A stretch of 64,000 bases of DNA, from contig JAQOWU010000008.1 in the NCBI GenBank assembly GCA_030867685.1, positions 124,001 to 188,000 of the forward strand. Reading direction: 5' to 3'. The notes under the pieces are model-generated. The model saw only the letters and a list, made by a program, of their open reading frames with translations, made no database searches and had not been told where the DNA came from. This DNA is from Wickerhamiella versatilis (Eukaryota). Below are positions 56,219-64,000 of the stretch, piece after piece. The translations under genes and the position numbers were made by a program. Position 1 is the stretch's first letter; each line of letters starts with the position of its first letter.

Positions 56219-57436
56219 TTATGAATTCGTAGAGGGTTCCGTGTAATTGCACTGATTGGGGAACCAGCGGTCAGTGAGTGGCTGAGGGAACATCTCATAT
56301 TCAATCATAAGCCCCATATCGATAGATATCCGCTCTTCTGTCTTGTATGTCCAAAACAACCAACCGGCTCCACTATGTTCGAAGGCATCAAGTTGAGCTT
56401 CGATGAACCTACGCGTATCGTTTCGATATTCTGGTGACCAATAGTTAGAGTTGATGTCAAGAACCCCTTCACAGCCATGAACATTCTCTGAAAACTGGCT
56501 AAGAATCCTTTCACACTCTGACCGTGTTCCTGAGAATTCTCCTACGAAGTGACGCCTAGGGTCATGAGAGTACCAAATTGGGGCGTGCACACAAACCTCT
56601 GGGACATTTTCAGAAACCGGTTGGGCACCCGTAAGATTGGTAACCGAAATATCGTACCAATGGTAATCTACCGCAACCCTACTGTCATTGAGGAACCAAT
56701 CATTCGGATCAGGAGCGCCCTCACCGAAAACATTCATTACGATACTTGTATTTTTAGGAATCTCAGCCATAGCTCGCTCGTAGTATGAATACAGGACATC
56801 GTAGAATTTATCCCCAAAATTCGTGTAATTATAAACAAGTCCGAGGGGGACATCTATCGGGGATATTGGCTCGTTCAGAAGCTCTATACCAGTCAAAACA
56901 TCCTGCCACTTTGTCGTCGCATTTCCAACGATTCTGCGAACAACCTCGACTGTGTCGTTGACATAAGTAGCGTTCTCTGCCCAAATTCCACTGGTATCAC
57001 CAAGATTCTCGTAATTTTCCCAGCCTGGAGCCACGTGGATATCAAGTACTACCTGCATACCATATTCACGGGCCCACTCCATGGCAAGATCAATATAGGG
57101 CAGCTGACCGTCAATGTAAGGGTCATCATCACGTAGAAGGAACGCGTAGTAGCCAATAGGCAGGCGAATGAAATTAATTCCCCACGACGCCATCTTCTCA
57201 AAGTCTGACTTCTGGATGAAGTTCTTCCAGTGCGGCTCAAGAACCTCTCGAGAACGTTCTTTACCGAGATCTAAAGTTAACGAGTATTCTGACAAGGCTG
57301 AAGTGCCATTAAATAGCGAAGGTGTCAAGAAAAACTCCACGGTGAGCCATGACCCGAGAGAAACTCCTCTTATCGGCGAGCTATAATCAATCAGAGCGCT
57401 GGAAGCAGACAATAGAGCACATAATACCCCCCACAT
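56219..57436 (-). CDS. Secreted GH5 exo-1,3-beta-glucanase (Exg1-like)
   Basis: IRGVSLGSWL, IRLPIGY, acid/base NEP, nucleophile GEFS and GWLFWTYKTE. Confidence 0.92.
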   Translation of the reverse strand: MWGVLCALLSASSALIDYSSPIRGVSLGSWLTVEFFLTPSLFNGTSALSEYSLTLDLGKERSREVLEPHWKNFIQKSDFEKMASWGINFIRLPIGYYAFLLRDDDPYIDGQLPYIDLAMEWAREYGMQVVLDIHVAPGWENYENLGDTSGIWAENATYVNDTVEVVRRIVGNATTKWQDVLTGIELLNEPISPIDVPLGLVYNYTNFGDKFYDVLYSYYERAMAEIPKNTSIVMNVFGEGAPDPNDWFLNDSRVAVDYHWYDISVTNLTGAQPVSENVPEVCVHAPIWYSHDPRRHFVGEFSGTRSECERILSQFSENVHGCEGVLDINSNYWSPEYRNDTRRFIEAQLDAFEHSGAGWLFWTYKTEERISIDMGLMIEYEMFPQPLTDRWFPNQCNYTEPSTNS

Positions 57437-58568
57437 GTAACAGAAATATGTCCAAGTGCAGGATGGTTGGTGATTGGAGCGAGCTGGAATGGCTTAAACT
57501 ATAAGCATGATATGCCGCCGGTGTGATCGACAAGGTAAGGTTAACCCTTCTCGGAAAGGAGCCGGAACCCCCCCCCCACCACCTTTCCCACGCGGTCAGG
57601 ATTAAAACGACAATACTCTACACTAATCACCTCAAGGAACAAGCATATTTATGACATTCACTAGACAACACAGAACTGGGACGTACTGCTCTGTGTATGT
57701 TTTCAACCGGTAGAGGTTGAGATATGAGGTATGTGATAACCCAAATGTTAATAAGGCTCGATGCAGATCACCTTCGGGTATCCAATTTAGTTGAAAGAGC
57801 GTGGTAAGATGGGCATTGACTAATAGCGAGTTCAGCGGTCATCGAGTATGATGTGATAAAATGACCCGCAAACTACAAATTTGTCCCGTATAAACGCATA
57901 TCTAATTAGTCGCGTGAACATAGCGTAACATTCTAATTCCAAACTTAAGAAAAGGATATTGCAGGTCCCACTGAGACTGTTATAAAGACGTAGAATCCTC
58001 TATTCATTTCTGTGAGGATAATTACAATGCGGAACATTATTTGTTGGCTCCAACCTGTGAATGTGTTCGAGTAGGAGCAGCCTCAGCATTTGCTCTAAAT
58101 GTTTAAGGCAGCAGTTCTGTGGTATAAGATTATGAATCTATATGCTAATGTGTCTGCAATCCCATCTCTTATAATTCTGGTACTCATTTAAACTACACAC
58201 AGAGCTGCTCGCAAGTGAGGGATTAGAGCCTGCTGGCTACTATCGATAGAATCGGTGAAGAACACCACTCTACCAAGCTTTAATACACACGAAAGCTCTG
58301 GTATACAGAGCCATAGCTTCAAAAATAGCAAGTCATACATCGCCTAACCCATTCCGTCATCTTTGCATGACAAGGCGCCTAAGCTCCTTTCAGTCTCTCC
58401 GCTTTGTCACCACATTTAAGGGGTTTTTTATAAATTATCTTGTATTCTAATATGCAGGACTAAATATGGTCACCGATGGAGGCATATATAGCTGTTTATT
58501 CAAGTTGTAATAACCCTCCGCACAGATAACGATTTGACTAAGCGAGAAGCATATAAGACAAAGCGCTA

Positions 58569-58970
58569 GTGGACATCAGCGAGCATTTCTCGACAAATTC
58601 AATGCCGATTATCAAAGAAGAAAACGGATTAAAATACATTGGACAGCAAGACGATACTGGTAATATCTTAGGTTTCGCTTGGCGACCCCGTATGGACAGT
58701 AGCCCTAAATTCGAATGCCCTATTGGAGCGACGGTATCTGTTAACAACAATGAATATTTTTTGGGGTCTATCAAGACAAATGTAACAAGCACGAAGTCTA
58801 TGGAAATCTCTAAGGCCACCAAAGCAAAACCATCCACTGCAGAGCCTCAGTCAAAGTCAACATACGCAGGTACCACAGAAGGTCGTAGTCATGAGTCAAC
58901 GGACAAAAGCACAGAAAAAGACCATCATCACTTTTATTTGAGGATAAATGATCGTGTTTGGAAATATTGA
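58569..58970 (+). CDS. Hypothetical protein or gene fragment
   Basis: 133-aa ORF with a non-ATG start in the track; no recognisable motif. Confidence 0.25.
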   Translation: MDISEHFSTNSMPIIKEENGLKYIGQQDDTGNILGFAWRPRMDSSPKFECPIGATVSVNNNEYFLGSIKTNVTSTKSMEISKATKAKPSTAEPQSKSTYAGTTEGRSHESTDKSTEKDHHHFYLRINDRVWKY

Positions 58971-59249
58971 ATGGGCACCACCCAGCCCTTTTTCATTGAC
59001 GCAGAAAAGTATGTTCTACATGTTCTTCCGTCACTTATTTATCATGGATCAAATGAGCCATTTATATGACTTTCCGTTTTCCCTGACCTGTATTAGCTGG
59101 GTGAAATAAAACGATTCGCTCAGTAAGTGGAAACACAAAGTCTGCGGAGATATACGAGACGTAACATAACTAAACCAATTTGCTGAGCTTCTATGACCTA
59201 CAAATGTACACCAAGGGATCTGAAATGCATATCCATTAACTATTGCAAA

Positions 59250-59759
59250 TTAATTATTTTTGCTAAAGGGCAGGGGGGAACGTGTTGCCAGAGCTTCAAG
59301 ACGTTCCTCATCCACACGATAAGTTGTCCATTCTGACTGTGGATACGCCCCAGCTCCTTCGTACACCCTAATCGCTTGTTCGTTCCAGTTCAGAACGTTC
59401 CACTCAAACCGTGCACAATTTTGCTCTAATGCAATTTGGGCAAGTGTCGACAGCATTGAAGAACCCAAGCCCTTTCCGCGTTTTTCAGGGGTGATGTAAA
59501 GATCTTCGAGAAAAAGTCCCCGTTGAGCTCGCCATGTTGAATAAGTGTAGAAATAAACAGCAAACCCCGCAGTCTGACCATCTTCGTCCTCAATAATTAA
59601 AGCATGGGCATCAGGGGCATCACCGAACAGTGTAGACTTGATATGATCTTCCGTCGCAAGCACGCTTTCAGAAGCCTTTTCATACTCAGCCAACTCTTTA
59701 ATGAATCGGAGGATAGTGGGTGAGTCACTTATCTTAGCAGACCGTACTGAACAAGACAT
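59250..59759 (-). CDS. GNAT N-acetyltransferase (polyamine N1-acetyltransferase-like)
   Basis: IKELAEYEK, YSTW, LFLEDLYI, acetyl-CoA loop RGKGLG and WNVLNWNEQAI. Confidence 0.92.
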   Translation of the reverse strand: MSCSVRSAKISDSPTILRFIKELAEYEKASESVLATEDHIKSTLFGDAPDAHALIIEDEDGQTAGFAVYFYTYSTWRAQRGLFLEDLYITPEKRGKGLGSSMLSTLAQIALEQNCARFEWNVLNWNEQAIRVYEGAGAYPQSEWTTYRVDEERLEALATRSPLPFSKNN

Positions 59760-60285
59760 AGAAACGTATGCGAATTGAGATATTTGTAATCAAGTTCGCT
59801 AATCAGCTGAGACGGGTTTTCGTCAATGTAGTCTCGGAGGATACTAATATCCAGCGAGTTTAAAGACCAATTAGTGGTTTCGTGGCTTAGAAAACATGCT
59901 TTTTTTACTTAAGTTTTAAGATGAGCTCACATCTGAATATAGTGCAAACAATCCTAAGTGTGAACACTTCTGTAAGAGTTAGCTAGCAGTCGTGAAGTGC
60001 ATTTGCCAACCAGTCCTTCAATATGGTACGTAAAGCTATATAGAAAGTATTGACTCGTAACGCAGATGAACCAACTGGAGGGCCTGATTTTGCCTTACCT
60101 GTCCTAGCCTAAGATTTTTTATTCTATTGGAAAAATTTGGCAGATGTAAATTCTGAAATTCGGAACCTATTATCATTTTTCTACTGAGATAATTACATGT
60201 AAGCCACGAATAAATCAATTCCGTTCAGATGATTAGATTAACTAACAAGGGATATCTTATTATTACAATTATATTAGCTACCATC

Positions 60286-60924
60286 TCACAAAAGCAAAAT
60301 AGCCCCGGCAATAGCCGCAGCTGCAGAGCCCAGTCCGGTAGACGCGGCGCCATTAGCAATAGGAACAGAGGATGTTGCGGAAGCTACAGGGACGGTCGAT
60401 GAAGCCGACACCGACGAATTTGTTCCATTGGTACTATTACTGCTGGGTACAATCTTGACCTTCACGGGGTACGCATTAGATGCCTCACTCGCCAAAAGTT
60501 CGTAACCCGTATTACTGTAGCTGTAAGCATCTCCAGTGAACTTGCCAGCGTAGAAAGTAGTGCTGCCATTGACTGTGAGGTACTTATTATCAACAAGGAT
60601 TGGGGTACCCGAAATAACACCCACACTAATCGCATTGTACTCCGGGAACACCGTGAGGTTCCACTTCTGTACATCAGTGCCGTCGACCGTTCCGACAGGA
60701 ATTGGTAGATAAACTGAATTGGTTTCTGGGGAGTATTCAAGAGACCCTTCATTGGTTGGGGCCGAATCAGCAAGGAATAGGAAATTTATGCCAGCACCCT
60801 CGTGGAGTGGTATAAGGCTCTTTGCATTAACCTCATCATGGCTTGACTCCGTAACAAGCGTCACATTATAATCAGCCAAGGCCAGTGAAGCAGCTGCCAA
60901 AATTGTTGGGATCTGAAATTTCAT
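60286..60924 (-). CDS. GPI-anchored cell-wall protein, Pga29/30/31-like
   Basis: Signal peptide, HEGAGINFLFL motif and DAYSYS, followed by a Ser-rich stalk, ANGA and a hydrophobic tail. Confidence 0.85.
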   Translation of the reverse strand: MKFQIPTILAAASLALADYNVTLVTESSHDEVNAKSLIPLHEGAGINFLFLADSAPTNEGSLEYSPETNSVYLPIPVGTVDGTDVQKWNLTVFPEYNAISVGVISGTPILVDNKYLTVNGSTTFYAGKFTGDAYSYSNTGYELLASEASNAYPVKVKIVPSSNSTNGTNSSVSASSTVPVASATSSVPIANGAASTGLGSAAAAIAGAILLL

Positions 60925-62207
60925 TTTTCTTCCTTGATCGATTTACTTACCCACTTCTTTTAAGCTGTTCTCATGGGGTTAGGGTGTCAATTTATGTTTT
61001 TGCGATAAAACGGCTCCAGACATTATTTTTTTGAAACCTGAAAACATATATAAACATATGGATCAAAGTTTTAGTTATAGTCAGTGTATATCAGCGATTT
61101 TGCGCCATTATATCTGGAATAATCTTATTTGTTATTATGGCGACATTGCACATTTTGCATAGAGATGTTAGGGTGTATCCCTGTTCGGATATTCTGACAG
61201 TTCGGTTACGATGAACTGAGGAAAAGTTCGGCGAGGAGCTGTCAATCAGAGACTTTTTTACCACGAGAGTTTATAGATAAAGATTTTTGAGAGAGAGAGA
61301 AAAAAAATTGTGTATGAAGGCAATAGTTGCTGTTGTAATGGCATGTACCTATCCGGCCGGGGGGATGCCAAAAATAGAAGCGACAACGCAATCCCAGCTG
61401 CACATACGAATGGCCCTGTCTGGATTACTACGAGAGGTAGATAGTTCTATAGAGACTTTTTAGGAAAGTTATCATTAGTAAATTAATTGCGTTAGTTTCC
61501 ATCTATATACCTAAATTATGATAGTAATTTGATATCATGCAGTGCAATATTTGATGGGGTGTAGCACCAGAACATCCAACATTTGAGATCTTGGTTATAC
61601 AAATAATAAGGTGGATCAGAATGCTATTCCAATACAGGCTATTCTACAATCCACTGGCAATGAATGTTTTTTAGAGGAGGTCTTAAATACTGAGCTGCTT
61701 CGGATGCCCACTTAAGAATAATTTGTTTACTGAACAAAAAACAATCAAAATCAATTATAAATGAAGCAGGAATGCTAGAGAGATAAGGTATGGCACACAT
61801 CCTTTTTGGTCAATGTTTTTCTAATCAGACTAAAGTCTAGCCAGAATCCTAGTCAAATCTGATTGTTAGTCACCGATTTAACTAATGTTCTGGGTCTTCG
61901 TACCTAATTAGTGTCGTTAAATGCATTAATGTGCGTGTCGTTTGAGCTTTTGGCCCTGTTCTCATTATTGAAGCTTGTTTGGCCTTTGTTGGATATAACC
62001 ACACACCGATTGCTATGTGAGCCGATAGCTCGTTCTGAAAACGTTGTCACTAGCTGAAAATATTAGTTTGAAATATTGAGAGACAATCATATCAACAGTT
62101 TGACATCTCTACTAGACTGCTGGTGAACGACACATGCAGTTATTCTCACTTATATCATTTGGCTCTATCTTACGGCTAAGTGGAGTGTATATCAAAGGTC
62201 TATTTAA

Positions 62208-63398
62208 TTAAGCAAAAAGCATCATTAAAAACATCAATATGGATGGAAGCTGCGCCGATGACATTGCGGCATTAGCCACAGGTACCCCTTGCGACGACGT
62301 TCCTTGGTTTGGTGTACTTGGAATGGGGGTATTTTGCCCACTGATAGTGTTGTTAGTGGAACCATTTACAAATGATTGATTTCCTGTAGTATTAGATGGT
62401 GCATCAAGCCATTTTGCCGTGGAACCGTCTACTTTCACTGCCAGGCGGAGAACACGCATAGTCGCCGTAATGTAAACCCATTTTCGCCCTTCACTATCCT
62501 TTCCGAATGCCAGATTGGAGGTGGCTGAGGAGCTCTCGATAAGAATTTTCCCCAGCAACTCACCCTTGGGGTTGTAAATGTGAATACCTTCCGCACTGCT
62601 ACTCCACAGATTGCCGAATTCATCAACCTTGATGCCATCTGGAATGCCTGGTGTGACAGCCTTAAAAAGTTTTCCATTTTTCAAATTACCGTCGCTGATC
62701 TCATACGCATAGATCTGTGGGACATGGCCTCCGTCGGTGTTTTGCGGAGTATCTGTCACGTAGAGTATACTTTCATCTGGGGACAATGCCAGACCATTGG
62801 GCTGAAGAATCTCGGGGGTGTTGAGGCGAACAAGTTCTTTTGTAGTGGGATTGAAGCGGAAAAACCACTTTCCTTCGAGTTCTTGCTTGCCTCCATATCC
62901 CTGCCTCAGATCAGTTAACCCGAATGCCGAATCCGCAAACCAAATATCGCCATTACTTGACACCACCACATCATCTGGACCATTCAGGCGCTTACCCTCA
63001 AAACTATCAACAAGTGTGACCCATGTGCCATTTAGCTCCCGCCGCAAAATCGACCTTTCTCCCTGTCCAGCTGCTACTAGTCTTCCCTCGCGATCTACAG
63101 AATTTCCATTTTCAAAGTTTGATGGTGACGATATAACATTTATCCCATCTTTCTCGGTCCAATTTACTGCCCGGTTACGCATAACCTCACTGAAGACAAG
63201 TGTACCATCTTTCAGGACTACTGGTCCCTCAGCCCACACAGACTCATTAGCTATGACCTTAGCTGGAATCGAGGTATCGACGAGATCCGAAAATATGCTG
63301 CTGTTTGAGACATACGTTACACCCTCATTTTTCCCGTGAACACAGAAGGCCGAGACTGTAAATAGGTACGAGCAGAAAGCAAGCGGACTTACCCACAT
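62208..63398 (-). CDS. Gluconolactonase (SMP-30/Gnl family, bacterial-type) with signal peptide and putative GPI tail
   Basis: WAEGPV, ENGN, GKRLNGPDD, PNGLALSPDE and PDGIKVDEFGNLWSS motifs. An Asn/Thr/Ser linker, ANAA and a hydrophobic C-terminus follow. Confidence 0.9.
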   Translation of the reverse strand: MWVSPLAFCSYLFTVSAFCVHGKNEGVTYVSNSSIFSDLVDTSIPAKVIANESVWAEGPVVLKDGTLVFSEVMRNRAVNWTEKDGINVISSPSNFENGNSVDREGRLVAAGQGERSILRRELNGTWVTLVDSFEGKRLNGPDDVVVSSNGDIWFADSAFGLTDLRQGYGGKQELEGKWFFRFNPTTKELVRLNTPEILQPNGLALSPDESILYVTDTPQNTDGGHVPQIYAYEISDGNLKNGKLFKAVTPGIPDGIKVDEFGNLWSSSAEGIHIYNPKGELLGKILIESSSATSNLAFGKDSEGRKWVYITATMRVLRLAVKVDGSTAKWLDAPSNTTGNQSFVNGSTNNTISGQNTPIPSTPNQGTSSQGVPVANAAMSSAQLPSILMFLMMLFA

Positions 63399-63737
63399 TT
63401 ACCAGTAATATTCAAAACGGCCGAAAATCTTATATTTATATATATTTTTGTATAATACATAACTAACATATTACAAGGTTGCTATGAGAATGAAAGTGGC
63501 TTAGCAAGCGTTAACGTTCTGGGCGTATATGTAATCGGCAATATGCAACGATCTACATTGCTAATTACCATCGGTTTTACCTCGAGTTTTCCCATTTAAT
63601 TTCTCAGAACTATGAGATCGGAGCTATAATGGCATCGAAAAATATTTCTGCAGACATTTTTTTGCTATTATTATTCAGATAATCTTTCACGGGATCTCAT
63701 CATCTCATCATCTCATCATTATTACCGACACTATCCG

Positions 63738-64000
63738 ATGAAGCGCGTGGCCGGCTTACAGTTGGGTACTGAGAATTCAGGTACATTTGCAACTTTAGAT
63801 AAGATATTGAGTTACGAAAATGAGATCGCTTCCGAGAAGCTGGATCTGGTTGTTCTTCCTGAAGCACTACTTGGTGGCTATCCAAAAGGTGAATCCTTTG
63901 GTGCCCGGCTAGGCTATCGTCTGCCAGAGGGACGCGAATCGTTTGCTAACTACTATGCTAATGCTGTATCTGTTCCCGGCCCGGAAATCGAAGCACTATG
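63738..64000 (+). CDS. Nitrilase (carbon-nitrogen hydrolase, Nit1-like); 3' end runs off the window
   Basis: Manual translation gives MKRVAGLQLG...DLVVLPEALLGGYPKGESFGARLGYRLPEGRESFANYYANAVSVPGPEIEAL, with the catalytic Glu in the PE motif. Confidence 0.9.
   Translation, partial: MKRVAGLQLGTENSGTFATLDKILSYENEIASEKLDLVVLPEALLGGYPKGESFGARLGYRLPEGRESFANYYANAVSVPGPEIEAL

Noticed and set aside
60975..61180. gttagggtgt occurring twice, as possible telomeric seeds
   Set aside because: Only two isolated copies, not tandem.
36586..64000. Bacterial contamination as the source of the bacterial-type genes
   Set aside because: The genes alternate with unmistakably fungal genes, sit in long AT-rich yeast-style spacers, and two are fused to fungal secretion/GPI modules.

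Overview
Eukaryotic, essentially intron-free, gene-sparse budding-yeast (Saccharomycotina) DNA with an accessory or subtelomere-like gene mix. Typical yeast genes include a GT71 mannosyltransferase, PDR ABC transporter, SLN1-type kinase, OPT, DHA1 MFS, alpha-arrestin, ECI1, a GH5 exoglucanase and cell-wall proteins. A lone 5S rRNA gene is also present. These are interleaved with about 11 short genes of bacterial character: two SDRs, DsbA/FrnE, an MDR reductase, a beta-hydroxyacid dehydrogenase, a YncE-like propeller, GFA, a YhhS-type MFS, a GNAT, a gluconolactonase and a nitrilase. This mix fits the HGT-rich Wickerhamiella/Starmerella clade, which is an inference and not proven. Four observations stand out. 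(1) Two bacterial-type beta-propeller domains appear grafted onto yeast signal-peptide, stalk and GPI-anchor modules. (2) A Kex2-type preprotoxin-like gene is followed by an internally duplicated orphan membrane protein, a candidate toxin/immunity pair. (3) A ~1.5 kb direct duplication is bounded by a 12-bp direct repeat and carries a small secreted gene with patchy hypervariability. (4) Single-lesion disruptions affect the mannosyltransferase (in-frame TAA) and the ABC transporter (1-bp deletion). All family calls come from motif recognition by eye; no database search was run.
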